Notes: a model not told the origin generated them from the letters alone. Numbered from the stretch's first letter, positions 36,097 through 46,439 are shown. The stretch is 64,000 nt of DNA from an uncultured Candidatus Saccharimonas sp. (GCA_943354005.1 CALRBE010000004.1:4600-68599); one strand, 5' to 3'. Program-made: numbers and translations.

Positions 36097-36135
36097 AACC
36101 ATAGATTTTTAATCGTATGCTGGTAGAATAAGCTT

Positions 36136-37026
36136 ATGCATAACAAGCCAGTAAGAAAAGCAGTTATAGCTGCAGCAGGTTTTGGAACTCGTTTCCTTCC
36201 GCAAACAAAAGCATTACCTAAAGAGATGCTTCCTCTGGTAGACAAGCCAATCATTCAATATATTGTCGAAGAGCTCGTTGACGCAGGTATTGAGGACATT
36301 GTTATTGTAACCGGGTATCATAAGCGATCAATCGAAGATCATTTCGACAATATGAGCGCAGAGCTTAGAAATAACCTTAAAAAGTCTAATAAACTTGAAT
36401 TACTTGAAGAGACAAAAAAGATATCTAATCTTGCTAACTTTGCATATATTAGACAGAAAGGTCCTTACGGTAATGCAACTCCAGTCTTGAACGCTGAACA
36501 TCTCGTTGGAGACGAACCTTTTATATATACCTTTGCAGATGACTTTATCGTCTCATCACCCTCAAGATTTAAACAAATGATACAAGTTTACAATGAATAT
36601 AACTGTAGCGTTCTTACCTGTATTCCAGTTACTAAGGATGAAGACTATAGCCGATATGGCATAGTGGCGGGTTCTGAAATTAAACCAGGTCTACTTCAAA
36701 TGTCGACTATAATTGAAAAACCAGGTAAAGAAAATGCTCCAAGTAATCTTGCAAGTGTTAGTGGCTATCTTCTTACTCCAGAAATATTCAGATACCTTCA
36801 TCTTGCTAAAGAAACAAAGCCCGAGGATAGTGAATTTTATATTCAACCAGCTATGCAAATGCTCATTGAAGACGGCGGACAAATAGTCGCATACGAAGTC
36901 GAAAATGGTACATACTACGATACTGGCAATAAGCTTGAATACCTAAAGACAGTAGTCGATTTTGCATTAAAGCATGAGGATATTAAAGATGATTTTATGG
37001 AGCATTTAAGATCTAAACTAGAATAA
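36136..37026 (+). CDS. galU: UTP--glucose-1-phosphate uridylyltransferase
   Basis: AVIAAAGFGTRFLPQTKALPKEMLPLVDKP is the canonical GalU N-terminus. Confidence 0.9.
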   Translation: MHNKPVRKAVIAAAGFGTRFLPQTKALPKEMLPLVDKPIIQYIVEELVDAGIEDIVIVTGYHKRSIEDHFDNMSAELRNNLKKSNKLELLEETKKISNLANFAYIRQKGPYGNATPVLNAEHLVGDEPFIYTFADDFIVSSPSRFKQMIQVYNEYNCSVLTCIPVTKDEDYSRYGIVAGSEIKPGLLQMSTIIEKPGKENAPSNLASVSGYLLTPEIFRYLHLAKETKPEDSEFYIQPAMQMLIEDGGQIVAYEVENGTYYDTGNKLEYLKTVVDFALKHEDIKDDFMEHLRSKLE

Positions 37027-37053
37027 CGGTAACTTTTCAGTATAATATTCAAT

Positions 37054-37308
37054 ATGGACATAACTCGGAGCGAACAGATATTAGTCATTATTCTTGCATC
37101 TACCCTCGCTATACTCTTAATCTTAGCTATTATCGCTACTATAAAGTTCATTCAAGTGCTTAGCGATATTAAACGGATCACTAAAAAAACAAGCGATATG
37201 GCCGATAAGGCTGAGTCCATGATAGATAATATTCAAACGACCACTGCATCTATTAAGATCGTACAACTACTTACATCACTATTTAATAAGACAGATAGAA
37301 AGAAATGA
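37054..37308 (+). CDS. Small membrane protein, DUF948/YtxG-like
   Basis: 84 aa with an N-terminal TM plus a helical tail. Its position directly upstream of, and overlapping, a YtxH-like gene mirrors the ytxG-ytxH arrangement of Firmicutes. Confidence 0.45.
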   Translation: MDITRSEQILVIILASTLAILLILAIIATIKFIQVLSDIKRITKKTSDMADKAESMIDNIQTTTASIKIVQLLTSLFNKTDRKK

Positions 37309-37715
37309 AAAAAAATTCTCGTAACTTAATTATAGGAGCGGCTGCTTTAGGCGCTGTTAGCTATCTTGCAGGAATTCTTACTGCTCCAAAAAAAGGTAGC
37401 GAAACAATTGAAGATATACGCCATGCATCAGTTAAGGCTAAAATAGGCATGGAAAAATCGCTAAAAAAACTATACGCTGACTCATCTAAGCAAATTGAGC
37501 GCGCATTAAACGTTAACCAGAACCTAACAGCACAGACTAAAAAAGAACTTGATTCAATGGTCTCTGCACTTAAGAATGTGAAAGAATCCATTAAGAATTA
37601 TCTTACTTCCATTCGTGATGGCGACATTGAAGAAAACGAAATTACATTGCTCTTAACAGACGGTCGTAATAATACGCAGCGGCTGAAACTCTTTATCGAT
37701 ACCCTTGAAAAGTAA
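37305..37715 (+). CDS. YtxH-domain protein
   Basis: N-terminal TM followed by GILTAPKKGSETIEDIR (YtxH-type motif), with a helical remainder. Confidence 0.6.
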   Translation: MKKNSRNLIIGAAALGAVSYLAGILTAPKKGSETIEDIRHASVKAKIGMEKSLKKLYADSSKQIERALNVNQNLTAQTKKELDSMVSALKNVKESIKNYLTSIRDGDIEENEITLLLTDGRNNTQRLKLFIDTLEK

Positions 37716-37788
37716 TTATTGTTAATTTCCTGATGTATAATTTGATTATTCTTTATGGTTCGCGGGACGACCTTTATACTAGAAGGTA

Positions 37789-40700
37789 ATGACAGAGGCA
37801 AATAAACTAACTCCTGATTCGTATGTCCATCTTCATAACCATACGCACTACAGCCTACTAGATGGGCTAACTAAAGTTCCACAACTCATAGAGCATGTAA
37901 AAAAAGATGGTATGCACAGTGTGGCTATCACTGACCACGGAACAATGTCCGGGGCTGTTGAATTTTATAAAGCTGCAAAAGCGGAGGGTATAAAGCCAAT
38001 TATTGGTATTGAGACCTACTTAGCACCTAGAGGCCATACGGATCGTGATGCTACTAAGGATAAGACCCCATTTCACCTCATACTTCTGGCAATGAATAAT
38101 AAGGGCTATCAGAACTTGATGCAATTAAGTACTATAGCTAACCTCCAGGGCTTCTACTATAAGCCCAGAGTAGATCACGCATTACTTGAAAAATATAATG
38201 AGGGCATTATTGTTCTCAGCGGCTGTATTGGTGGCGAAATAGGTAATGCACTTCGCAATAACCAATACGAACAAGCTAAGGCCACTGCACAGTGGTATAA
38301 GAAGGTATTTGGTGATCGTTATTATATAGAAATACAGGATCATGGGCATAAAGACCACCCAAATGTATGGGATGAGCAAATCGGTGTTACTGAGCAAAGC
38401 CTTAAACTAGCCAAAGAACTTGATATTCCTTGTGTTCTGACATGTGACGCTCATTATCTAACCCATAAAGATAAACAAGCCCATGAACTTCTGTTATGTG
38501 TACAAACAGGTTCCTATCTAAGCGATGAAAAGAGAATGAGCCTAGCAAATTTTGATCTACACGTCACAAATCCTAAGGAAATTATTGCGCGTTGGGGTTC
38601 TGATCATTCAGATCTTATTACCGAAACTTCTAAAGTAGCGGAGCGCTGTAATGTGGAGCTTGAGCTTGGCGGCATATTGATTCCTAAATTTCCTGTTCCG
38701 CCTGAAGAGACTGAAAGCTCATATCTACACAAACTCGTTTACCGCGGATTAGCATGGAGGTATGGCGGTATTAGCCTGGAAGATTCTAAAAAATTAACGA
38801 TACCTATCGCCAAAAAGACTCTCCCTAAAGATGTGATGAAACGAACCGAATACGAGCTTGGAGTTATTGAGAGTATGGGCTTTAACGGATACTTCCTTAT
38901 TGTTGCTGATTTCATTAACTGGGGTAAGAATAGCGGAATTGTTTTTGGCCCTGGACGTGGTTCAGCCGCTGGATCGATTATTGCCTATGCAATGCGTATC
39001 ACTGAGTTAGACCCACTACGTTATGATCTTCTATTCGAGCGTTTTTTAAACCCTGACCGTATAAGCATGCCTGACGTCGATATTGATATCCAAGATACAC
39101 GTCGAGATGAGGTAATACAATATTGTGTAGAAAAGTACGGATCTGAAAGAGTAGCTAATATAGTCACCTTCGGTAAAATGGCGGCCCGTAATGCAGTCCG
39201 TGATGTTGCCCGAGTGCTGGAAGTTCCGTATTCTGATGCCGATAGACTATCTAAAATGATCCCACCTCCAGTACAGGGCAGACATATTTTACTTAAAGAC
39301 TCCCTTTTAAAAGACCCAGACTTAAAAGAAGAATATGCTAGCAACGAGCAAAGTAAAAAAATATTTGATCTTGCCGTGCAACTTGAAGGTACTATTCGAA
39401 GCCATGGAGTACACGCCGCAGGAGTCGTTATTGCGCCAGATGATATTGTTAAATACGCACCTCTTGAAATGGCTCAAAAAGGAGTTGTCTCAACGCAGTA
39501 TTCTATGGGCCCAGTTGAAGAGCTGGGACTCCTCAAGATGGACTTCCTGGGGCTATCAAACTTAACGATTATTAAAAACACTCTGCGTGTCGTTAAGAAG
39601 GTTAACCAAATAGACATTGATATTGCAACAATCCCGCTAGATGATAAAAAAACTTTCGAGCTTTTGCAAAGAGGGGATACTACTGGCGTATTCCAGTTAG
39701 AATCTGCAGGAATGAAGCGCTATCTTAAAGAGCTGGCACCTACTAAATTTGATGATATTATCGCTATGGTTGCTTTATATCGACCAGGGCCAATGCAATT
39801 TATTGATGACTTTATTGCCCGCAAGCACGGAAAAAAAGCTATTACATATGAACACGAAGGACTTAAATCTGCTCTTTCTGAAACGTACGGAATTCTTGTC
39901 TATCAGGAACAGTTTATGCAGATTAGTAAAGATATGTGTGGATTCTCTGGTGGCCAAGCAGATACCTTACGAAAAGCTATAGGAAAAAAGCAACGCGAAA
40001 CTATGGCTAAAATGAAGAGAGCCTTTATAGACGGAATGGTTGAGCAAAGCAAAGTTCCTAAGTCATTTGCTAATAAATTTTGGGCGCAACTTGAAGCTTT
40101 TGCTGACTACTGTTTTAACAAGAGTCACTCAGCATGCTATGGTCTCATTGCGTATCAAACGGCTTATTTGAAAGCTCACTATCAAGAAGCATTCATGGCC
40201 GCATTGATGACAAGTGATTACGATAATATAGATCGTCTGGCAATTGAAATATCTGAATGTAACAATATGGGAATAAAAGTATTATCACCTAATGTTAACG
40301 AATCGTTTGTTGAGTTTTCCGTAGTTCCGGGTAAACAAGAAATTAGATTTGGTATGGCTGCAATTAAAAATGTTGGCACGGCTGCAGTAGAAGAAATACT
40401 AAGAGCCCGGGAAGAAAAGGCCTTCAGCTCAATCGAAGATTTCTTCTCACGCGTTAATTCACGTATTGTTAACCGCAAGTCCATAGATAGCCTAATTAAA
40501 GCTGGAGCGTTCGATACATGGGGATCCCGAACTATGCTACTACATAACGTCGAGACCCTTCTGGCTTTTGCTAACAGAATTCAAAAGGAAAAGGCGAGCG
40601 GACAAACAGACCTATTTGGATCATTAGTTGAATCCACACAAGAAGCTACACCAATGCTTAACCTTGTTGAGGTTGCTGAAGAGATTAGTGTGCGTGAACA

Positions 40701-41421
40701 ATTACAGTGGGAACGTGAACTTCTTGGATTATATATATCATCACATCCGTTAGAAGATTATAAGGTATGGTTATCGGAGCAAACAATTCCAATAAACCTA
40801 ATTACACCAGATCTCCATAATAAGGCAGCAACAGTCGGAGGTGTCGTTCTTGAATCGAGAGAAATACTCACTAAGAAAGGTCAAAAGATGGCTTTTGCTA
40901 AGATTGCTGACGAATTTGGCGAAATGGAATTAATACTCTTCCCGGGAGTATATGAAAAGAGTAATGACCTTTGGAAGCGCGATGCTATTGTGATTTTAAC
41001 TGGTAAAATATCAGGCCAAGACCGTGAAGGTAATATATCGGCGTCTGTGCAAATCCTAGTTGATTCCGCGCGTGAGGTTTCTTATTCGGAAGTTAAGAAC
41101 TACCTGCCTAATATGAAAAAGATTAAAGCACCTAAAATTGTTAAACCAAAAATTAAGAAACAAAAAGTAGGTACAGAGAAAAAAGAAGAAATTGTGGACA
41201 AGAGACTCTACATCAAGCTTCCAGTAAAATATGATCAGAGCGTACTAATGTCCTTAAAAGAAGCTATTGATTTAGCACCAGGATCTACAGAAGTAGTCTT
41301 GGTTATTGGTGAAGGTGAGCAGCGTCAAATAATTAAACTGCCAATGATGATATCAAGTAAGCCTGAGAACCACGATATAATTAAGGACCTAGTCGGATCT
41401 AGTAATGTAAAGCTGCAGTAG
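37789..41421 (+). CDS. dnaE: DNA polymerase III alpha subunit
   Basis: 1210 aa. PHP domain (HLHNHTHYSLLDG), polymerase core (PDVDIDI, GLLKMDFLGL, FNKSHSACY) and OB-fold C-terminus. Confidence 0.97.
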   Translation: MTEANKLTPDSYVHLHNHTHYSLLDGLTKVPQLIEHVKKDGMHSVAITDHGTMSGAVEFYKAAKAEGIKPIIGIETYLAPRGHTDRDATKDKTPFHLILLAMNNKGYQNLMQLSTIANLQGFYYKPRVDHALLEKYNEGIIVLSGCIGGEIGNALRNNQYEQAKATAQWYKKVFGDRYYIEIQDHGHKDHPNVWDEQIGVTEQSLKLAKELDIPCVLTCDAHYLTHKDKQAHELLLCVQTGSYLSDEKRMSLANFDLHVTNPKEIIARWGSDHSDLITETSKVAERCNVELELGGILIPKFPVPPEETESSYLHKLVYRGLAWRYGGISLEDSKKLTIPIAKKTLPKDVMKRTEYELGVIESMGFNGYFLIVADFINWGKNSGIVFGPGRGSAAGSIIAYAMRITELDPLRYDLLFERFLNPDRISMPDVDIDIQDTRRDEVIQYCVEKYGSERVANIVTFGKMAARNAVRDVARVLEVPYSDADRLSKMIPPPVQGRHILLKDSLLKDPDLKEEYASNEQSKKIFDLAVQLEGTIRSHGVHAAGVVIAPDDIVKYAPLEMAQKGVVSTQYSMGPVEELGLLKMDFLGLSNLTIIKNTLRVVKKVNQIDIDIATIPLDDKKTFELLQRGDTTGVFQLESAGMKRYLKELAPTKFDDIIAMVALYRPGPMQFIDDFIARKHGKKAITYEHEGLKSALSETYGILVYQEQFMQISKDMCGFSGGQADTLRKAIGKKQRETMAKMKRAFIDGMVEQSKVPKSFANKFWAQLEAFADYCFNKSHSACYGLIAYQTAYLKAHYQEAFMAALMTSDYDNIDRLAIEISECNNMGIKVLSPNVNESFVEFSVVPGKQEIRFGMAAIKNVGTAAVEEILRAREEKAFSSIEDFFSRVNSRIVNRKSIDSLIKAGAFDTWGSRTMLLHNVETLLAFANRIQKEKASGQTDLFGSLVESTQEATPMLNLVEVAEEISVREQLQWERELLGLYISSHPLEDYKVWLSEQTIPINLITPDLHNKAATVGGVVLESREILTKKGQKMAFAKIADEFGEMELILFPGVYEKSNDLWKRDAIVILTGKISGQDREGNISASVQILVDSAREVSYSEVKNYLPNMKKIKAPKIVKPKIKKQKVGTEKKEEIVDKRLYIKLPVKYDQSVLMSLKEAIDLAPGSTEVVLVIGEGEQRQIIKLPMMISSKPENHDIIKDLVGSSNVKLQ

Positions 41422-41424
41422 TCG

Positions 41425-42441
41425 TTAGAGTACTTTCATGACGATCTGACTGGCGATTGCATAGAAGACCACGAAGGCAACTATCGTTACATCAAGCAAT
41501 TTATTCTTTAGCAAGAACTTCTTTCCTTTGGTAGCATACTGGTGAATCGAATATCCATGTTTTGTGACAAGTAAAACGCCGCCACTTAGTGCTATAACAA
41601 ACAAAATACTTAAGAGCCAAGGCATACTCTTGTTTGTTGTTGCCTCAATTCGTGAGATCGATTTTGGTTCTGGAGTTAACGTTTGCGTAGTTGTGGCCGA
41701 AGAACTTTTTGTTGAATCATCCTGCACAGTAGTAGTTTGTGTTTCGGTCACTGTTGTAGTTTCCGGTGTTGTTGAGGTAGTTGCCGGCTTAACGACAGCA
41801 GGAGCAGGAGCAGTAGCTAAAGGAGATGCGTACATCGCCACTACAACGGTTTGTTGACCAAGATTCTGGTATGAAGGAGCATTTGCTATTCCGAATCCGA
41901 CTTCAGTAAATCGACTGTTGAGTAAGTTTTCCTTGTGGCTAGGGCTTGCCATCCAGCCATCAATTACACCCAGCTCACTAGTTACCTGGTTTGTATTAGT
42001 TATTCTGTATCCGAATGCCAAGTTCTCACCAGCAATACTGTAGCTATAGCCAGCGTTAGTAATGAAAATCCACGGCGCAGTTCCTTCAGGTGTGTTATGT
42101 GACCAGTAATCTTTTGTTGCCATATCATTTGCTTTGTTCTGAGCAGCTTTAGTCAACTTGTCGTTATATGTCAACGCTCCAGCTCCTGCAGCTGCACGTT
42201 TCTGATTCGTTGCGGTAACAAGGGTGTTACTCCCAATATCAGTAGCGTAAGCTAGGACTTCAGATTTTGTAGACTGCTGTACTGAACTAGACTGTGGCTT
42301 TATTAACCAAATACTTAAAAAGATTAGCGTAATAATAGGAATATATGGTGTATATACCTTTAAGAAATGACCAGTTCTTTTCTGGTGTTCTCCTTGTCGT
42401 TTTCTGTGTCCATGAACTAATTTTTTTGTTTGATGTTTCAC
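41425..42441 (-). CDS. CAP/SCP/PR1-domain protein, membrane-anchored, with Thr-rich linker
   Basis: GTG start. N-terminal TM. CAP motifs YWSHNTPEG, GENLAFGY, GWMASPSHKENLL. A Thr/Pro-rich linker follows, then C-terminal TM helices. Confidence 0.8.
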   Translation of the reverse strand: MKHQTKKLVHGHRKRQGEHQKRTGHFLKVYTPYIPIITLIFLSIWLIKPQSSSVQQSTKSEVLAYATDIGSNTLVTATNQKRAAAGAGALTYNDKLTKAAQNKANDMATKDYWSHNTPEGTAPWIFITNAGYSYSIAGENLAFGYRITNTNQVTSELGVIDGWMASPSHKENLLNSRFTEVGFGIANAPSYQNLGQQTVVVAMYASPLATAPAPAVVKPATTSTTPETTTVTETQTTTVQDDSTKSSSATTTQTLTPEPKSISRIEATTNKSMPWLLSILFVIALSGGVLLVTKHGYSIHQYATKGKKFLLKNKLLDVTIVAFVVFYAIASQIVMKVL

Positions 42442-42481
42442 TGTAACCAGTATAATCAGAATATAACAAAAACGCTATAGC

Positions 42482-42982
42482 TTAGGACAGGTTAGATAAC
42501 GTATATAGACAGATAGCTGCCGCTTGTACAACATTAAACGACTCTTTAGAGCCCTTCATAGGTATTTCTATTATCTGATCGGCGTATTCCAGTTCTTCTT
42601 GTGAAAGACCTTCGCGCTCACTTCCCAATAACACTGCAATATTATCCGGCCTATTATCATATTCAGATAGTAGAATACTTTTTTCATTCTGTTCTAAGGC
42701 AATAATTGTGTATCCGTCTTTTTTAAGTTTTTGGACGGCTTGTTTAAGAGTATCGTCATGCCTCCAGTTAACTGTGCGTTCGGCTCCAAGAGCAGTTTTA
42801 TGGATCTGCGCATCAAGTTTTTTCGCAAGATGAGGCAATCGTTCGTCTTTATCTTGAAGTGGGTATGCAGTATAACCACTGAGGCATACTATATCTACTC
42901 CAAGACCATCTGCTGTGCGCAGTAAAGATCCTACGTTATGGATACTTCTCATGTTGTGTGCAATTACAGCTAATTTGGCCAT
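42482..42982 (-). CDS. SpoU/TrmH-family RNA 2'-O-methyltransferase
   Basis: 166 aa. NVGSLLRTADGLGV, LLGSEREGLS, IPMKGSKESFNVVQAAAICLY. Confidence 0.8.
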   Translation of the reverse strand: MAKLAVIAHNMRSIHNVGSLLRTADGLGVDIVCLSGYTAYPLQDKDERLPHLAKKLDAQIHKTALGAERTVNWRHDDTLKQAVQKLKKDGYTIIALEQNEKSILLSEYDNRPDNIAVLLGSEREGLSQEELEYADQIIEIPMKGSKESFNVVQAAAICLYTLSNLS

Positions 42983-43078
42983 AGATTAATACTACACACA
43001 GAAGCTTTTTGTTCATAATTAAATAATATGTCATTATATAATTTCAGCGTTTTAACTGCTTGTGGTTAAATAGATGGG

Positions 43079-44683
43079 ATGACAGTAGATATTCGAATAA
43101 CAGAAGAGCAAACTACAGAAAAACGAGCCGGCATATTAGGCTTGGAATATACTGATACAACAAAAATTACAGACAAAAGATTATTCCCTCAGCTTCTGAA
43201 TAAAGAAGATATGTACGCAATGCGTGTAATCCCCATAGAATATAGTAAAAATGGCATAGAATTCGGTATTACAACAACTACTTCACAGCAGACAATGAAG
43301 AGGCTTACTCAGCAATTTCTAGACCACAGAGTATCGTATAAGCTCATTTCCGAAACTGGCTATAACGATTACATGAAGTTATACGATCCCCCTAAAAAAG
43401 TTATATACAAAGATATAACGATCTCTAATGACTCACAAACTGACCTCATATCACAGGTAACAGCTACACTCGATCAGATACGAGCAGATGACATGTTAGC
43501 TTATTTAACAAGCCAGGCTCATAAACTTGGTGCTTCAGACATACACGTAGAGAATCAGCCCTCATTTGTACGCATACGCATCAGGATAGACGGTGTCTTA
43601 CATCCAATTGCTAAGATTACTCACGAGCGTTCCCGTATGCTTACTTCATCAATAGCCAGTGCGGCCAATATATCAACATCCTCAAATACGTCACAACAGG
43701 GCCACATTACTCAAAAAGTAGTAATGGCAGACAAATCAGTTGTTAATATAAACCTCCGTGTTGAATCCGTACCTGCAATTAATGGTATGGATATAGTAAT
43801 GCGTCTATTTAATATGGAAGCAAGCAACTATACGCTGGATCGACTAGGCTTAAACTCAATTGAAAGATCAGTAGTAGATAATATCATTAAGAAACCTAAC
43901 GGCCTGGTACTCGCTGTTGGTCCTACCGGCTCCGGTAAAACTACTACCCTTTATTCTATGCTAAATACCCTAAATATAGAGACCCGCAAAATAATCACTA
44001 TTGAAGATCCTGTTGAATATCAATTCGATGGTATTACCCAGATCTCAGTAACCAGTGAAACAGGTGATGAAACGCATTTTGCGGATAAGTTGCGTGCAGT
44101 ACTTCGTCTTGATCCAGATGTCGTGATGGTTGGAGAGATACGTGACAATGATACGGCAAAAACTGCCCTCCAGGCATCACTTACCGGACACCTAGTGCTA
44201 TCTACTTTTCACGCGGGTTCTTCTGCCCAAGCGCTCACTAGAATGGTAGACATTATTGGACAAAACCCTTTATTTACTTCAGCTATAAGACTGATTATGG
44301 CCCAACGTTTAGTCCGTAAGCTAGATAATGATACGAAAATACCTTATGAACCAGATGAGGCTACCAAAAAACAAATCAGCGATATTATTCAGACTCTTCC
44401 TGCAATGTATATGAAACCTGACATATCAAACTTTAAATTGTATAAGCCAGGAAGCTCAAAAGAAAACCCTTTTGGCTATAAGGGTCAAATTGCGATTCGC
44501 GAACAAATGGTTATGAGCGATGCACTTAGAACACTGCTAAGTAAGCCGAGCGCTGAAATTACTAGCCAGCTGATCGAAAGCACAGCGGTTGAAGCTGGAA
44601 TGCTTACTATGCTGCATAGTGCTGTATTTAAACTATTATCTGGTGAGACAACTTACGACGAAGTATTTCGTGTTCTCGGCTAA
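43079..44683 (+). CDS. Type II/IV secretion or type IV pilus assembly ATPase (GspE/PilB family)
   Basis: N-terminal T2SSE_N-like domain, Walker A GPTGSGKTTT, Asp box IITIEDPVEY, Walker B VVMVGEIRD, His box LVLSTFHA. Confidence 0.85.
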   Translation: MTVDIRITEEQTTEKRAGILGLEYTDTTKITDKRLFPQLLNKEDMYAMRVIPIEYSKNGIEFGITTTTSQQTMKRLTQQFLDHRVSYKLISETGYNDYMKLYDPPKKVIYKDITISNDSQTDLISQVTATLDQIRADDMLAYLTSQAHKLGASDIHVENQPSFVRIRIRIDGVLHPIAKITHERSRMLTSSIASAANISTSSNTSQQGHITQKVVMADKSVVNINLRVESVPAINGMDIVMRLFNMEASNYTLDRLGLNSIERSVVDNIIKKPNGLVLAVGPTGSGKTTTLYSMLNTLNIETRKIITIEDPVEYQFDGITQISVTSETGDETHFADKLRAVLRLDPDVVMVGEIRDNDTAKTALQASLTGHLVLSTFHAGSSAQALTRMVDIIGQNPLFTSAIRLIMAQRLVRKLDNDTKIPYEPDEATKKQISDIIQTLPAMYMKPDISNFKLYKPGSSKENPFGYKGQIAIREQMVMSDALRTLLSKPSAEITSQLIESTAVEAGMLTMLHSAVFKLLSGETTYDEVFRVLG

Positions 44684-44686
44684 GGA

Positions 44687-45820
44687 CTACACAATAACTT
44701 CAGCTATAGCTGGAACTAGTCGTTCATCAAGTGTGCTCGGTATGATATTAACCCTACTTGGATTTTCGACAAGTGAAGCTATGACATTTGCTGCATCAAG
44801 CTTGTGTTTTTCAGTTATCTCTTTAACGCGATTATCTAGAGCACCTCTAAAGATTCCTGGAAATGCGATTGAATTATTAACTTGGTTTGGAAAATCACTA
44901 CGTCCAGTGGCCATTACTGCAACACCAGCTGCTTGAGCTTCATCAGGCATGATTTCAGGAATTGGATTAGCCATTGCAAATACTATAGGGTCAGTATTCA
45001 TCGACTGGACCATTTCTTTAGTTAGTAGTCCTGCTTTTGAAACTCCAATAAAAATATCTGCACCACGTAATGCATCGGCAAGAGATCCAGATTCATTATT
45101 AGGATTAGTTAATTTTAATAGTTCTTTCTTGTCATCATTAAGATCATTTCTATCGGAGCTAATAATACCCTTACTGTCTACCGCTAGAATGTTTGGATTT
45201 CCGTATGCTCGTATAAGCTTCATGATTGCTGTTCCTGCAGCACCAGCTCCAACGCATACGATCTTACAGTCATCAAGTGTCTTACCAGTTACCTTTAGAG
45301 CGTTAATGAGTCCAGCAAGCACCACGATAGCTGTACCATGCTGATCATCGTGAAAGACGGGAATAGATAATTTTGCCTTTAGTCTTTCTTCAACCTCAAA
45401 GCAAATTGGTGCTGCTATGTCTTCGAGATTAATGCCACCAAAGCTCGGTGCTATTGCACTAACTGCTGCAACAATTTCATCCGCTGTGTGTACATCAAGT
45501 ACGATAGGAACTGCATCTATATTGGCAAAATGTTTGAAAAGCATAGATTTACCTTCCATTACTGGTAGCGCTCCAATTGGGCCAAGATTTCCAAGACCAA
45601 GCACAGCTGATCCGTCACTAACTACAGCAACAGAGTTATTGGTCCAGGTATAGTCACGTGCTTCTTCGGGATGTTCAGCAACATATGTACTTACTACAGC
45701 TACACCCGGGGTATAGTAGATACTCATTTTTTCAACGGAGTCGAGTGTATCTTTGAGTGCAATACCTATCTTGCCTTTAAGTTCTTTATGTCGATTGAGC
45801 GCTTTAGAGTTATTATCCAT
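44687..45820 (-). CDS. NAD(P)-dependent malic enzyme
   Basis: YTPGVA, GSAVLGLGNLGP, FHDDQHGTA, GAGAAG. ATG 45820 (MDNNSKAL...) aligns with the usual malic-enzyme N-terminus. The longer ORF-track start contains the TATAAT box. Confidence 0.9.
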   Translation of the reverse strand: MDNNSKALNRHKELKGKIGIALKDTLDSVEKMSIYYTPGVAVVSTYVAEHPEEARDYTWTNNSVAVVSDGSAVLGLGNLGPIGALPVMEGKSMLFKHFANIDAVPIVLDVHTADEIVAAVSAIAPSFGGINLEDIAAPICFEVEERLKAKLSIPVFHDDQHGTAIVVLAGLINALKVTGKTLDDCKIVCVGAGAAGTAIMKLIRAYGNPNILAVDSKGIISSDRNDLNDDKKELLKLTNPNNESGSLADALRGADIFIGVSKAGLLTKEMVQSMNTDPIVFAMANPIPEIMPDEAQAAGVAVMATGRSDFPNQVNNSIAFPGIFRGALDNRVKEITEKHKLDAANVIASLVENPSRVNIIPSTLDERLVPAIAEVIV

Positions 45821-45928
45821 ATGATTATTATACCTGATGAGCGTATAAAAATGCATGAAAGATGTATTTTACTTTTATTCTAAATAGACTTGACTCCACC
45901 CCTGGTAGTAGTGTAGAATTTAATGATT

Positions 45929-46369
45929 ATGCCATCAATAACTAAACAAATCGAAGATAAATACAAGAAACACGCCGTAGTTGACGTCCGACCTGGTGAT
46001 ACTGTTAAAGTTCATCAAAAGATTAAAGAAGGCGCTAAAGAGCGTGTTCAGATCTTCGAAGGTCTCGTAATCCGTGTATCTAAAAAGGGAAGTCTTTCTT
46101 CTACTATTGTCGTAAGACGTGTAGCTGGCGGACTAGGCGTTGAGAAATCATACCTTCTACATTCACCTCTAGTAGTTAAGATCGAGGTTACTAAGCGTAG
46201 TAAAGTACGTCGTAACTATCTTACTTACATGCGTGCTCGTACTGGTAAAGCAGCTCGACTTACTGGCGTTGCATTTGATAGTGCAATCAACGATCTTCCT
46301 GAAGTGCCTAAAGTTGAAGCTCCTGTAGAGGAATCTGCTGAAACAGAAGAAAAAGCTCCAGAAGCATAA
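45929..46369 (+). CDS. rplS: 50S ribosomal protein L19 with acidic C-terminal extension
   Basis: RPGDTVKVHQKIKEGAKERVQIFEGLVI is the L19 signature region. ATG 45929 is preferred; ATG 45923 is possible. Confidence 0.9.
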   Translation: MPSITKQIEDKYKKHAVVDVRPGDTVKVHQKIKEGAKERVQIFEGLVIRVSKKGSLSSTIVVRRVAGGLGVEKSYLLHSPLVVKIEVTKRSKVRRNYLTYMRARTGKAARLTGVAFDSAINDLPEVPKVEAPVEESAETEEKAPEA

Positions 46370-46395
46370 AAAAACAATATACTTTTGATTTATAA

Positions 46396-46424
46396 AATAC
46401 CGCCTAAATATGGCGGTATTTTTG
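46396..46424 (+). terminator. Rho-independent terminator after rplS
   Basis: AATACCGCC (46396-46404) pairs perfectly with GGCGGTATT (46412-46420). The loop is TAAATAT, and the T run continues to 46423. Confidence 0.8.
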
Positions 46425-46439
46425 TTAGAATATAGTTAT

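Noticed and set aside
41640-41830. Thr-rich linker of the CAP-domain gene as a possible DNA tandem repeat
   Set aside because: This is amino-acid-level low complexity (T/P/E/S) only. I could not find exact or near-exact nucleotide repeat units, unlike the perfect 36-bp duplication at 5306-5377.
44589-45653. Three consecutive + strand ORFs (115, 131 and 78 aa) antisense to the malic enzyme gene
   Set aside because: They are typical shadow ORFs opposite a strongly conserved gene. They have low-complexity Ser/Ala/Ile-rich translations, no start context and no motifs.
46410-46439. Upstream ATG (46410) as the rnhB start
   Set aside because: That ATG lies inside the stem-loop of the rplS terminator, and the added residues (MAVFLLEYSY) are not RNase HII-like. 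ATG 46440 (MKTIGVDEVGRGC) is the homology-consistent start.
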